From a virus (taxonomy: Duplodnaviria > Caudoviricetes): 56,616 nucleotides of DNA. The notes beneath the pieces were generated by a model, which saw only the letters and a program-made list of their open reading frames with translations, made no database searches and had not been told where the DNA came from. This document shows positions 1 through 9,133 of the stretch, in pieces. Position 1 is the stretch's first letter. The number at the start of each line of letters is the position of its first letter. Made by a program: the position numbers and the translations under genes. Location: positions 1-56,616 of the IMG/VR virus record IMGVR_UViG_3300044641_000673. One strand, 5' to 3'.

Positions 1-127
1 TATCTCTTCTTCCGTCAACCCACGCCATGGGCGCACGTATTCTTGAATGTCGTCATCATCGTCGTTCATGCGTTCACCCTAAATCTGATTGTTTCAGCGG
101 CGTACTCAAGCCCGAGGTCGTCGCAGA
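1..127. repeat. Terminal direct repeat, copy 1 (identical to 56490-56616); circular assembly overlap
   Basis: The first 127 nt (tatctcttcttccgtcaacc...gtcgtcgcaga) recur exactly at the window end; ORFs read through the junction. Confidence 0.95.
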
Positions 128-272
128 CCTTTGCGTTAACTTCACGCTCGCGTTGTGCTACTAAGTCGGCAAACCGCTTGAGCTTAACAAACTCCTCAAT
201 TCGAATTTGATTGTCAGTCTTCTCGCCGAACCCTGCGCGGTGGGCGAGTGCGCCTAGTTCAATATTGGTCAT
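66..272 (-). CDS. Small hypothetical phage protein (ERExxAKVCD module)
   Basis: 68 aa ORF, ATGA-coupled to its neighbours; C-terminal AQREREVNAKVCD...IR resembles ORF 463-687. Confidence 0.7.
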   Translation of the reverse strand: MTNIELGALAHRAGFGEKTDNQIRIEEFVKLKRFADLVAQREREVNAKVCDDLGLEYAAETIRFRVNA

Positions 273-466
273 GATTTCATATCCCTCACGTAACAGGCAA
301 AGCTACCCAAAGTGTCCTTGCCGAACACCGCCATCTTCTCAATCTCTCGTGCGACTTCCTCAAGCACCTGATTGCGGTGCGCTGAGTTGTAGCACTTTGC
401 CGGAGTGGGACACGCTGACGTGTAGCATCCTGGGCACACGAAGTCGAGCTTTAGTTGATCGCTCAT
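269..466 (-). CDS. Small hypothetical protein with CxxC...C...C cluster
   Basis: Likely start MSDQLK at 466 overlaps the upstream stop (ATGA); CPGC-x3-C-x5-C. Confidence 0.65.
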   Translation of the reverse strand: MSDQLKLDFVCPGCYTSACPTPAKCYNSAHRNQVLEEVAREIEKMAVFGKDTLGSFACYVRDMKS

Positions 467-687
467 GCTTGTCCCCTTGCTCGGATAGCCCCTGCACATT
501 CAGCGGGTTGCATACCAACATCACGCGCCTGAAACGCATCACAAACCTTTGCACACGCCTCACGCTCAACTTTAATAGCCTCCGCAACCATGTCCATCAC
601 TACGCTTTCACGGCTCTGCTGAACTTCTAATAACTTCGCCATGTTGGCAATGATGGCCTCATACGTCTTGATTACATCTTGTGTCAT
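463..687 (-). CDS. Small hypothetical phage protein (EREACAKVCD module)
   Basis: 74 aa ORF with SD (aagga) upstream. Confidence 0.7.
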   Translation of the reverse strand: MTQDVIKTYEAIIANMAKLLEVQQSRESVVMDMVAEAIKVEREACAKVCDAFQARDVGMQPAECAGAIRARGQA

Positions 688-698
688 GGTCGTTTCCT

Positions 699-872
699 TT
701 ACTTGACACGTCTGAAGCGCTCAGTGAACTCAAACTTCTCGGGCGGCGGTGGGGTCATCTTCTCGCTAGGCGGTGTCCAGCCGTACTTGCGCCAGAGCGC
801 TTGCACGTCAGCGCCGGTTGTCCACTTGTAATCAGGGTGACCGACCGGAACCCATGGTGTTGTCTTTTTCAT
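699..872 (-). CDS. Small hypothetical protein (57 aa, MKKTTPWVPVGHPDYKW...)
   Basis: Translated by hand (below the ORF-track cut-off); fills the gap after the primase gene, with SD-like gagga upstream. Confidence 0.6.
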   Translation of the reverse strand: MKKTTPWVPVGHPDYKWTTGADVQALWRKYGWTPPSEKMTPPPPEKFEFTERFRRVK

Positions 873-890
873 TTCTAAGTTATCCTCTAT

Positions 891-3029
891 TTAAATGCCG
901 AACTTACCGCGTTCGATTGCGGCAACCACTTCTTCATTCACACGCAGGTAGTGGTTGGCTCGTCCCTGCGGCTTCTCTAACTCAATGCGCTCAAGCGATC
1001 CGTCGTTCAGCAAGCTGGTCACGGCTCGTTCTTTGCGCTCTTGAGATGCTTTGACGCCGCCCTGTGCCACAGGGAGACGTTCGTAGTAGGAGCGGCTCTT
1101 GCCCGCGTCTTTGCGTACAAGGTCAATTATGTCATCACATATCTTTGACCACTGCTCCTGCTCTTTTTGTTCTTTGCGATCTTCTTTCATCTGGGTGCGC
1201 TCTCCTGCTTTGAGAGGACGGGCGACTGAGTGGCTAAACCAGATCTCTTTGTCGTACCCCAACACGTCTTTGTGTTGCTCGCGGTTTGACACGAGGTCAA
1301 AGGTGAGTTCAGCAAACGCCGTGGGGAACCTGACCTTTGTCGCTTTGAGCACGCGGGGTGCGTCGGCATGTTCGCCGTCTTTGAACACAGTGTACACACC
1401 TTGCGCATCGCCCGTCCACGCTGACGCACCACGGGGTGACAGGAAGTCCGACTCTGATGAGCCGAGCGCCTTTGCCGTGTGACTGACGATGATTATGGGG
1501 AAGGTCGCGAAGGCTTGTTTGATGTACGCCATTGCCCGCCCGACTTCAGCATTGTCGTTTTCGTTTTCCAAATCAAATACCGCGTTTGCAGTGTCAAACA
1601 CCACCAGAGGCAGCGCCGCGTGATACGTACCATCAGCTTTCTCATTGTCCACCGTCCATTCTTTGTACTCCTCAGCTACTTGAGCTACGATCTTCGGGTC
1701 TAACCTTTGCGCGTTGATGACTCGCACTCGTTCATCAAAGTCACGCGTCTGCATGCCGGTGTAGCCCCACGAGTACAGCGAGTAAATGACCCGTTGAACC
1801 TGCACGACTGACTCGGTTATGATGATGACGTTGCGCCTTACGGCGGGCTTGAGCGTATAGTCATGCGGGCAGAGGTGCGCAGTGGCTAACGCCATAGGTA
1901 CGATCAGGGTCGTCTTACCGACCCCAGGAGCACCGGCGACCACGTTGACACCGGTAGACATGAAGTCCTCGTACACATACTCAAAGACATTGACCTCACC
2001 CGCGCCCGATGCGACTGAGTTCTTCAGGCTCAGCGGATGAACTTCCGGCTTACCGTCTGGCGTAGTAGCGGCTTGTGGCGGGACTTGATTAGAGTTACCC
2101 GCCCAGCCGTTATCAATCGCCATGCGGAAGATTGAGCGGTAAGTGATTGAGTGCGGGGTGCTGATGTCACGCTCCCACTTACGCCGTTGAGCTGAGGCAT
2201 CAAACTTGTCGCTGGTTGACGCCCACTCGGTCCAAATCTTGTAGCCGTTCTCGCCGTAAGGCTTGAGCACCATACCGACGTTGACCCACGTTGTGTAGTC
2301 ATCAGCGTCAACGTGTTTGAGCGCCGAGCGCAAGTCATCAAACGTCTGAGCGGTTGCCACCGGAACACCGCCGCGCTCGGTGAGGCTATAATTGACCGGT
2401 GGTCGTGCCTTACTAGCTATCAGCTGAGGCAAGGGTGAGGGCTTTGCCGGACGGGTTTGACTGAGCGGCGAGCGCCCTTGTTGCCACTTGTAATCGCCGG
2501 AAGGTCCGAGCGTGGGCGCGACGCAGATGTAGCCGTGATGCTTCAGGTCAAGACCTTTGCCGAGTGTGCCAGGATACGTCATGTCCTCGTCAGCGGTGAA
2601 CAGGCGATGCTCCCCGCCACCTTGAGTCACTGCCGTACAGTCGGAATGCATGACGCCGTGTTCAGCTTCAAGTTGTGCGAGGGAGTCAACACCGCCGTTC
2701 TGCGGGTCAATGTCCAGCGCCAGCAAACCCGACTCAGCGAGGGAAATGCCGATGCCCGCGTCAGGATCAGTTGCCCACCAGTCTTTGATGATTTGTTCAT
2801 CAACAGTTGCGTCTTGGTGCCCGTGCGGAACTAAGTCAGATTGAGGGTGCTTGCCCGCCTTGTGACCTTTCTCAGTGTTAGGGCGACCGCACCGGCATTG
2901 ACCATGCGAGTCAACCGACCACACGGGCAACACGTACCAACCGAGCTTTGCGTAAGCCAGCGCGTAGTCGAGCGTCGCTGGTGCTTTATTGTCTACTGCC
3001 CAGACATGCTTGGGCGTCTTACTGGTCAT
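891..3029 (-). CDS. Bifunctional DNA primase/polymerase (Prim-Pol) fused to PriCT-2 and a RecA-family (AAA_25) helicase
   Basis: N-terminal ALAYAKLGWYVLP, CRC, GKHP, LLALDIDPQNGG, TQGGGEH, GYICVAP; PriCT-2-like DYTTWVNVGMVL...WTEWASTSDKF; Walker A GAPGVGKT, Walker B VVFDT, SHTAK and RGASAW. Confidence 0.9.
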   Translation of the reverse strand: MTSKTPKHVWAVDNKAPATLDYALAYAKLGWYVLPVWSVDSHGQCRCGRPNTEKGHKAGKHPQSDLVPHGHQDATVDEQIIKDWWATDPDAGIGISLAESGLLALDIDPQNGGVDSLAQLEAEHGVMHSDCTAVTQGGGEHRLFTADEDMTYPGTLGKGLDLKHHGYICVAPTLGPSGDYKWQQGRSPLSQTRPAKPSPLPQLIASKARPPVNYSLTERGGVPVATAQTFDDLRSALKHVDADDYTTWVNVGMVLKPYGENGYKIWTEWASTSDKFDASAQRRKWERDISTPHSITYRSIFRMAIDNGWAGNSNQVPPQAATTPDGKPEVHPLSLKNSVASGAGEVNVFEYVYEDFMSTGVNVVAGAPGVGKTTLIVPMALATAHLCPHDYTLKPAVRRNVIIITESVVQVQRVIYSLYSWGYTGMQTRDFDERVRVINAQRLDPKIVAQVAEEYKEWTVDNEKADGTYHAALPLVVFDTANAVFDLENENDNAEVGRAMAYIKQAFATFPIIIVSHTAKALGSSESDFLSPRGASAWTGDAQGVYTVFKDGEHADAPRVLKATKVRFPTAFAELTFDLVSNREQHKDVLGYDKEIWFSHSVARPLKAGERTQMKEDRKEQKEQEQWSKICDDIIDLVRKDAGKSRSYYERLPVAQGGVKASQERKERAVTSLLNDGSLERIELEKPQGRANHYLRVNEEVVAAIERGKFGI

Positions 3030-4579
3030 TATTCTGTTTCTCCGTAAAAGAATTCCTCAAGCACGTTCCAGTATTGACCAGACCGGCGCACGTAAACTGA
3101 TTCAGGTACACGAGCGCCTTTCATTTGCCACGTAAGGTTGTCTGCGGGGGAAGGTAAGTTTACCGCAAGCTGCCGCGAATCGAAAAACTTCAGAGTCTTC
3201 CGGTCAGGGGTTTCGGTATTGATGAAGTTGGTTCCGCGAATCTTAATACCTTCATCGCTCACGCAGTTGTAGTTGACGAGGAGGACTGGCGTGTCAGGGT
3301 TACGCCGTGTGCGGATTGCGACCGTGCTTGTTGATTCAACCCACATCTTGAGCACCGCACCGTCCCGTGCAACTTGACCGGTCATTGGGTCAATCGGCAA
3401 GAGCCGGTGAGCACCAATGACCTTTTCCCGCTCGCGCAGGGCGCGTTCTTTTGCGGGGATGGCTTCAACTACCTCCTTAGAGTCTTCCTTGAAGAAACTC
3501 TCATACATATCTACGCCGCCTAACCTTTGCAGGTTACCTACGAAGTCAAGTATGAGGCAGTTCTTTTTGCCGTCAGCTAGGCGCGTGCCCCGACCCTGAA
3601 TCTGAACCCACAGAGAGGAGGAGAGAGTTGGCCTGAGGCACACTATGCAATCCAGCTCAGGGAAGTCAAAGCCAGTGGTAATCATATCAACCGAGCAGAG
3701 CACGCGAGTCTCACCTGACTTGAACCGGCTCAACGAGTCTTTGCGCTCGTCACGGGTGATTGACCCTGCCATGACGTCGGTCGTCCAGCCGGTCTCAACC
3801 GCAATGACTTCGGCGGCTCTCTCAGCGGCATCAATAGTCGGGCAGTAAACCGCGAGGTGCTTACGAGCCTTGGTTAGCTCGGGCAGTGAACGCGCCACGG
3901 CACGTAGCCATACTATGTCCTCACGGCTGTCAACGTCAGTCATCACGAAGTCGCCGTTAGCTTTGCGCGCACCCTCGAGGTCAAGCTGCACGGCGGTCTC
4001 AACGCCGACTAGCGGGCACAGGTAGCCATCCTCAACGGCGCGAGGTACGGTATAGCTATAGGCGAGTTGATCAAACCAGAACTGATCACCGTCACCGTGG
4101 ATGACCCCGTTGTCCATGCGCCACGGCGTCGCGGTCATAGCTACTCGCCCAGCAGAGCGGTAGCGGTGCAACACTGACTCATAGAGCGAGCGCTCACCCT
4201 TGTTGTGCGGGACGCGGTGAGCTTCGTCAATGATGATGAGGTCAGGCGGTTGCATCTCAGCCTGAACGCCGAGTATGCTTTGAATGGTGGCAAAGGTGAC
4301 CGGCTCAAAGCGGTCTTTACGCTTGAGTCCAGCGCACACGATTCCTGGGGCGGCTCCACTATAGCGCTCATAGGTAGCGGCGTTTTGCTCTACCAGCTGT
4401 TGAACGTGAGTGAGCGCCCACACGCGGCGGTCGGTTTTCTTATAGTGATCAGCTAAGGCGGCAATGATGAGGGACTTGCCCGTGCCGGTAGCAAGTTGAA
4501 GCACCGGATGGTGTTCTGCCTCTAGCGACGCTATAGCGGCGTCGTAGGCTTCTTGCTGGTAAAATCTTAATTGCATCAA
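3029..4579 (-). CDS. SF2 DEAH-box DNA helicase (RadD/UvsW-like)
   Basis: LRFYQ, ATGTGKS, IIIDEAH, MTATPWR, TTGFDFP, QIQGRGTR motifs. Confidence 0.92.
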   Translation of the reverse strand: MMQLRFYQQEAYDAAIASLEAEHHPVLQLATGTGKSLIIAALADHYKKTDRRVWALTHVQQLVEQNAATYERYSGAAPGIVCAGLKRKDRFEPVTFATIQSILGVQAEMQPPDLIIIDEAHRVPHNKGERSLYESVLHRYRSAGRVAMTATPWRMDNGVIHGDGDQFWFDQLAYSYTVPRAVEDGYLCPLVGVETAVQLDLEGARKANGDFVMTDVDSREDIVWLRAVARSLPELTKARKHLAVYCPTIDAAERAAEVIAVETGWTTDVMAGSITRDERKDSLSRFKSGETRVLCSVDMITTGFDFPELDCIVCLRPTLSSSLWVQIQGRGTRLADGKKNCLILDFVGNLQRLGGVDMYESFFKEDSKEVVEAIPAKERALREREKVIGAHRLLPIDPMTGQVARDGAVLKMWVESTSTVAIRTRRNPDTPVLLVNYNCVSDEGIKIRGTNFINTETPDRKTLKFFDSRQLAVNLPSPADNLTWQMKGARVPESVYVRRSGQYWNVLEEFFYGETE

Positions 4580-4607
4580 GTGCTCCAGTTATACGTTATC
4601 ACTGCGA

Positions 4608-4636
4608 ATTATGCCTGAGATTTTTTGAAAAGGCAA
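4608..4636 (-). promoter_or_regulatory. sigma70-type promoter for the helicase/primase operon
   Basis: Minus strand TTGCCT-17 nt-CATAAT. Confidence 0.65.
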
Positions 4637-4749
4637 ACTCTTTGAAAAATTTATTTTTGCCGGCATTGAATCACCCGCTCCGGAAGCCTAATGTTTATAG
4701 GGTAAACAGCCAATAACCAACTGCGGTGAAGGGTCATTAAAAATATCGC

Positions 4750-4779
4750 TTGGCGTTTCAAAAATATTCAACCTATAAT
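4750..4779 (+). promoter_or_regulatory. sigma70-type early promoter, divergent from the helicase promoter
   Basis: TTGGCG-18 nt-TATAAT in an AT-rich intergenic region. Confidence 0.6.
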
Positions 4780-4836
4780 TCATTCATTGGCTGGCAAGGT
4801 GCTGACCATGATAACTCAATAACTGGAGAACTCGCT

Positions 4837-5136
4837 ATGAACATCAACAAAACAATCATCGCTCGCATCGAAGAGTACCGCGCTACTAACAAGAATCCTT
4901 GCAAGAGCTACGCCACTGAAGCCGCCGCTGAAAAGGCTACTGCTCAAATGGCGCAAGACGCCGCTAACTATTTCCACAAAGAGCGCGGTGTTGAGGCTCG
5001 TCCCGCTCAGTACGTCGTCATCTATAACGAGGCGTGGGGTCGTTGGGTTGGTGCGGTCAACATGACCGAGCTGATCCAGCGCTCATCAAGCACTGGCGGC
5101 TACATCGGTTACTGCACAGGCTTCTTCGTTTTCTAA
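4837..5136 (+). CDS. Early hypothetical protein
   Basis: Start MNINKT follows the repeat-borne SD; 99 aa. Confidence 0.8.
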   Translation: MNINKTIIARIEEYRATNKNPCKSYATEAAAEKATAQMAQDAANYFHKERGVEARPAQYVVIYNEAWGRWVGAVNMTELIQRSSSTGGYIGYCTGFFVF

Positions 5137-5171
5137 TCACCCCTTAATAACTCAATAACTGGAGAACTCAC

Positions 5172-5372
5172 ATGACTCAACCTATCATCAACACAACTCT
5201 GTTAGTCACCGTAAAGAATGTTTACGGTAAGGAAACCATTTACCCCGCTAACAGCACGGCTCAGATCTTTGCTGACATCGCCCGTCAGTACACGCTGACC
5301 CGCGAGACGCTCAAGCTCGCTAAGAGCCTCGGCTACGCCGTAGAAGTCATGCAAACAGAATTGGCTCTTTAA
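5172..5372 (+). CDS. Early hypothetical protein (VKNVYG...YP family)
   Basis: 66 aa with repeat-borne SD. Confidence 0.8.
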   Translation: MTQPIINTTLLVTVKNVYGKETIYPANSTAQIFADIARQYTLTRETLKLAKSLGYAVEVMQTELAL

Positions 5373-5400
5373 TCAATAACTCAATAACTGGAGAACTACT

Positions 5401-5610
5401 ATGAAATACAAAGGTCAAGGCAAGAAAGAATACGTGGTCGTCATCAAGGACGAGGACGGCACACGCCGTGTCTTCTCTCGCCCAGTCACATCTAGCCAAG
5501 CCGTGTTCTTGATCTGCGGCTCTAGCTTACCTCTTGACTACGTCGCTATCCGTCATCTTGAAGAGTTAGGTATCAAACCACACGCTACAACTTTTGGAGC
5601 AAAAGCATGA
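5401..5610 (+). CDS. Early hypothetical protein
   Basis: 69 aa with repeat-borne SD. Confidence 0.75.
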   Translation: MKYKGQGKKEYVVVIKDEDGTRRVFSRPVTSSQAVFLICGSSLPLDYVAIRHLEELGIKPHATTFGAKA

Positions 5611-5765
5611 ACACTTTATTCGCTTTAGAAGAACATCTAAGAATGTTGTTGACTGAAGACAAGATTTGTTATGAAGAGGGTGACTGGGATCGTCTTGACA
5701 GAATCCGTCTGGCTATCGATGACACACGTGCTCAAATCAAACTCTTGAAGGAGGCGAAAGCATGA
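5607..5765 (+). CDS. Small helical hypothetical protein (52 aa, MNTLFALEEHLR...)
   Basis: Translated by hand; ATGA overlaps at both ends; SD ggag. Confidence 0.65.
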   Translation: MNTLFALEEHLRMLLTEDKICYEEGDWDRLDRIRLAIDDTRAQIKLLKEAKA

Positions 5766-5938
5766 TCTCCCGCATCATATTTCTGCTTATCCTGATCGCG
5801 CTCGGCGCGGTTGGGACATTTGATCACGACGACGCGCTGCTTGAGGAAGCCGCCTATTGCGACCGCCTCAAGAACAAAGTACACACCGACTACAACAACC
5901 TCAAGAGCACGTGCATTGCGCGTCATTGGAACACTTAA
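5762..5938 (+). CDS. Small exported or membrane-anchored protein (58 aa, N-terminal hydrophobic segment, two Cys)
   Basis: Translated by hand: MISRIIFLLILIALGAVG...YC...C; SD ggagg. Confidence 0.65.
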   Translation: MISRIIFLLILIALGAVGTFDHDDALLEEAAYCDRLKNKVHTDYNNLKSTCIARHWNT

Positions 5939-5957
5939 TTTTCCTTGGAGATTTGAA

Positions 5958-6386
5958 ATGAATACAGTAAACTTTTCCAGCATGACGACTCCCCAGTTGG
6001 TGTCGTTTTTTAACCGCCACAGCACAACGCCGGTCAAGCGCTTTAGCGACCGTAAAACCGCCGAGAGGCGTTGCGCTGAGGTTTTTGAGAGCTTGCTCTC
6101 GCCCGTACCTACTAGCAAAGTGATCAAGCAGTTGGTTGACACCTCTACCCGCCCAGTCATGAAGGACTCGCTCAAGCTCGACCGCACCATCATCTGCGTG
6201 AACACCGGCGACACGTGGAAGAACGCGTATCAGATGTGGCGCGACAACCCTGACTGGATGACTAGCGCTCAGCAAGACCGCTTGACCGCACAGCTCTACG
6301 CCGCCGCTAAGGTCGGTGAGCAGAAGATCATTGAAATCAACGCACGCAGCTTCATGCTGGTTAACATTAAAGGAGTCAAGAAATGA
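5958..6386 (+). CDS. Hypothetical protein, possibly DNA-binding
   Basis: Start MNTVNF after ggag SD; basic 142 aa. Confidence 0.75.
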   Translation: MNTVNFSSMTTPQLVSFFNRHSTTPVKRFSDRKTAERRCAEVFESLLSPVPTSKVIKQLVDTSTRPVMKDSLKLDRTIICVNTGDTWKNAYQMWRDNPDWMTSAQQDRLTAQLYAAAKVGEQKIIEINARSFMLVNIKGVKK

Positions 6387-6607
6387 ACGAGAACGCGCCT
6401 GTATTGGCGGATGTCAAGTGGTTTACCACTGGTAAGGGTATCGTGGGCATCGCGGCTGTAAGGACTGAGACAGGTGACCTCACGTTTCGCATCTGCCCAG
6501 TTGATGGTTTTAACGAGGTGATTGACGCTAATCTAGTCATGTCACATGGGGCGGTTTTTCCTGTGGACGCAGGTTACGCAGTATTCGCACGGGAGGATTC
6601 AGAATGA
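6383..6607 (+). CDS. Hypothetical protein
   Basis: 74 aa, ATGA-coupled on both sides. Confidence 0.75.
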   Translation: MNENAPVLADVKWFTTGKGIVGIAAVRTETGDLTFRICPVDGFNEVIDANLVMSHGAVFPVDAGYAVFAREDSE

Positions 6608-7560
6608 ACACAGTATTTCCTGAGTTAGCTATTGACCGTAACTTGGTCAAATGGGAGCAACACCTCGGCACGCATACTCCGTGGGAGAACCGCAAAGGTA
6701 TGTGGTTCAAGCGTGATGATTACTTCGCGCCTCTAGGTTACAGCGGTCCGAACGGCTCAAAGATGCGCCAGCTCATCTGGTATGTCAACAAGTTTCGTCA
6801 GGGTAAGACCCACATTGTCACTGGTGCTAGCATTCAGTCCCCTCAGCTGAGCATGAGCGCTATTGTCGGTGCACATTACGGCTTACGCGCTCGTCAGATT
6901 GTTTACAGTAAACCTGAGACTGTGTTGCGTCATGAGAATCCTCGCATTGCCTACGGCTTTGACGCTGAGTTTGAGTTTGCTTCTGGTCCGTACAATCCTA
7001 TCATACAACGTAAGGTTGTTGACTTGACGCAACCGACGTCGCTCGTAGTTGAGTACGGTATTACTGTGCCGCATGACCGCTACCCTGAAGATGATGTGCG
7101 TAAGTTTCACGAGGTCGGCGCTCATCAGACGACCAATATACCGCCTGAAGTCAAGCGCCTCATCGCCCCTGCTGGGTCTTGTAACTCGTTGACGAGCATC
7201 ATGCTCGGCTTGAGCCGCGACTCGCACAACATTGAGGAACTGTTCACCATAGGTATTGGTCCTGACAAGCGCGGTTGGATGCGCCAGCGTCTCGCCTACA
7301 TCGGCGTGGACGTTGATAAGCTGCCGTTCAAGTGGAAGCACTATAGCCTACACGATAGCGGCTACAGCAAGTACAGCGATCACTTCACAGGTGAGAATTT
7401 TGACGGCATCAAGTTTCACCCGACCTACGAGGCTAAGATGTGGCGCTGGTTGACACACCATGGTCAGTTAGATTATGATGACCAGACCGCCTTTTGGATC
7501 GTGGGCAGCGCCCCTGACACGAAAGTTGTTGAACCCTTTTACACTAGGAAAGCATCATGA
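6604..7560 (+). CDS. Fold-type II PLP-dependent enzyme (ACC deaminase/D-Cys desulfhydrase-like); predicted decarboxylase acting on amino-acylated thymidine in DNA
   Basis: TP...KRDD...NGSKMRQL (PLP lysine), PAGSCNS phosphate loop, HPTYEAK; adjacent to AADT and 5-HMUDK genes, as in the ViI and M6 hypermodification pathways. Confidence 0.82.
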   Translation: MNTVFPELAIDRNLVKWEQHLGTHTPWENRKGMWFKRDDYFAPLGYSGPNGSKMRQLIWYVNKFRQGKTHIVTGASIQSPQLSMSAIVGAHYGLRARQIVYSKPETVLRHENPRIAYGFDAEFEFASGPYNPIIQRKVVDLTQPTSLVVEYGITVPHDRYPEDDVRKFHEVGAHQTTNIPPEVKRLIAPAGSCNSLTSIMLGLSRDSHNIEELFTIGIGPDKRGWMRQRLAYIGVDVDKLPFKWKHYSLHDSGYSKYSDHFTGENFDGIKFHPTYEAKMWRWLTHHGQLDYDDQTAFWIVGSAPDTKVVEPFYTRKAS

Positions 7561-8555
7561 CAGATTATCGTCTGCCGAAAAACCGCGCAGAGTATTTCAC
7601 CGCGCTCTACAAGATGAATCTTGAGCACGGGGTTATGCCAGGACTCGTCTACTTGTACATGCCTGAACTCGCTCGCCGCCATAATTGGAACGCTGAGCAG
7701 AAGCTCTGGTTCGCATTCTTGAACGGCTTGACGCAGAACCCAATCACCTCGCTGCGCATATTTGATCAGCTGCCGATGGTTCCTCCTGCGGGCGCGGCGC
7801 TGACTAAGTTTGAGGAATGGTTCAATGCTGAGTGGGATACGCTACAGTTTGACACTGACCGCCGGTATCAAAAGAAAGACACAGTACCCGCGATCAAGAC
7901 TTACGCTCAGCTCGTTGAAGCTAGCGGCTCGCAGCAAGCCATGCTCACCGGCGCATACTCAGAATTGTGGAGCCACGTGCGTGACTCGTACTTTTCGTTC
8001 GGTCGCCTGTCATCGTTCAGCTACCTAGAGTATGTTCACCTGAACGGGTTCGGCGCTGACTGTGATGACCTATTGTTCAGCGACAAGTCAGGTAGCAAGT
8101 CACATCGCAATGGGATGCTGTTCTTGATAGGCAAAGATGAGCTGGTCTGGGACAAGCGCCTACCTAACGGGCAGGAGGGTAATTACCCTAAATTTAATTT
8201 GATGTGCGGCTTCCTCGCTGCGGAGGCTGATAAGTTTGTTGATAATTTCAAAGCCGCTCACCCTGACGTACCTAATGCTGGTCGCTTCACTATGGAGTCA
8301 AACCTCTGTACATTCAAGAATCATTTCTTCGGTCGTCGGTACCCAGGAGTTTACGCCGACATGGCGCAGGAGCGCATTGAGTGGGCTGACTTGCGCGGTC
8401 AAAACGCTTACACCGATGTGTTCAAAGACATGCGGTCTCAACTGCTACCGGAATGGTTGCGTGTTGAATGTGAGAGTTCACCTATGACTGTGAAAGAGAA
8501 AGCCGCCGTGTTTCCTGAGACCGGTTCACCCTTTAGAGCGGAGTACTTTTTATGA
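7557..8555 (+). CDS. Amino acid:DNA transferase (aGPT-Pplase2 family)
   Basis: KLWFAFL, FDTDRRY, FGRLSSFSYLEY, SKSHRNG and MESNLCTFK motifs of this HhH-glycosylase-like family; genomic context. Confidence 0.8.
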   Translation: MTDYRLPKNRAEYFTALYKMNLEHGVMPGLVYLYMPELARRHNWNAEQKLWFAFLNGLTQNPITSLRIFDQLPMVPPAGAALTKFEEWFNAEWDTLQFDTDRRYQKKDTVPAIKTYAQLVEASGSQQAMLTGAYSELWSHVRDSYFSFGRLSSFSYLEYVHLNGFGADCDDLLFSDKSGSKSHRNGMLFLIGKDELVWDKRLPNGQEGNYPKFNLMCGFLAAEADKFVDNFKAAHPDVPNAGRFTMESNLCTFKNHFFGRRYPGVYADMAQERIEWADLRGQNAYTDVFKDMRSQLLPEWLRVECESSPMTVKEKAAVFPETGSPFRAEYFL

Positions 8556-9133
8556 CCCAGATTGTCAACATTCGCGGCTGCAATGGTTCTGGCAAGACCA
8601 CAATCGTGCGGCGCTTCCTCACTAAACTGCCGACTCAGGCGCTGGGTGGTAAACCTGACCGCCCGCTGGGTTACAAAGTAGATGCCTCTGTTTGGGGTAT
8701 TATGACCCCTGTGTTTGTAGTAGGTAGCTACGAGAACACATGCGGCGGCGCAGATGGTATAAAGACTCAAGAGGAGATCGCTGATCGCGTGGTAAAGGCG
8801 CATGGCCACGGTCATGTGCTCGTTGAAGGGTTGCTGATGAGCAAGTCAAGCAGCGGCGGGCATGTGGCTCCAATACTGAAAGACCACGGCGCGATATTCT
8901 CGTTCTTGGACACCCCTTGGGAGATCTGCTTAGAGCGGGTTTTGCAGCGTCGCGCGGCGGCGGGTAATGAGAAAGTATTTGATCCCGAGAAAACCATGCG
9001 CACGGCGTATGAGCAATGTCATAGGAGCGCAGAAATACTAACTGAAGCGGGCGGTTATGACGTTCGTTTTCTAGATTGGCAAGACCCCGTCTCGGGTGTT
9101 GTAGCGTATTTGAAGGAGAATGAAAATGCGTGA
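8552..9133 (+). CDS. P-loop nucleotide kinase (probable 5-hmdUMP kinase)
   Basis: IRGCNGSGKTT Walker A, VLVEG, FLDTPWEICLERVLQRR lid; sits in the base-modification cluster. Confidence 0.78.
   Translation: MTQIVNIRGCNGSGKTTIVRRFLTKLPTQALGGKPDRPLGYKVDASVWGIMTPVFVVGSYENTCGGADGIKTQEEIADRVVKAHGHGHVLVEGLLMSKSSSGGHVAPILKDHGAIFSFLDTPWEICLERVLQRRAAAGNEKVFDPEKTMRTAYEQCHRSAEILTEAGGYDVRFLDWQDPVSGVVAYLKENENA

Larger units (their letters stand above)
4811..5397 (+). repeat. Three identical 22-bp start-associated repeats ATAACTCAATAACTGGAGAACT (4811-4832, 5147-5168, 5376-5397)
   Basis: Exact copies, each containing the GGAG SD and ending 3-4 nt before an ATG; variants at 11127-11147 (+) and about 4580-4600 (-). 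Confidence 0.92.

Noticed and set aside
1-127. 127-bp repeat as a biological direct terminal repeat
   Set aside because: The length equals a common assembler k-mer and the repeat cuts through coding sequence, so it is best read as a circular-assembly overlap
4811-5397. 22-bp repeats as a CRISPR array
   Set aside because: The intervals are 200-310 bp protein-coding genes and each repeat contains the SD
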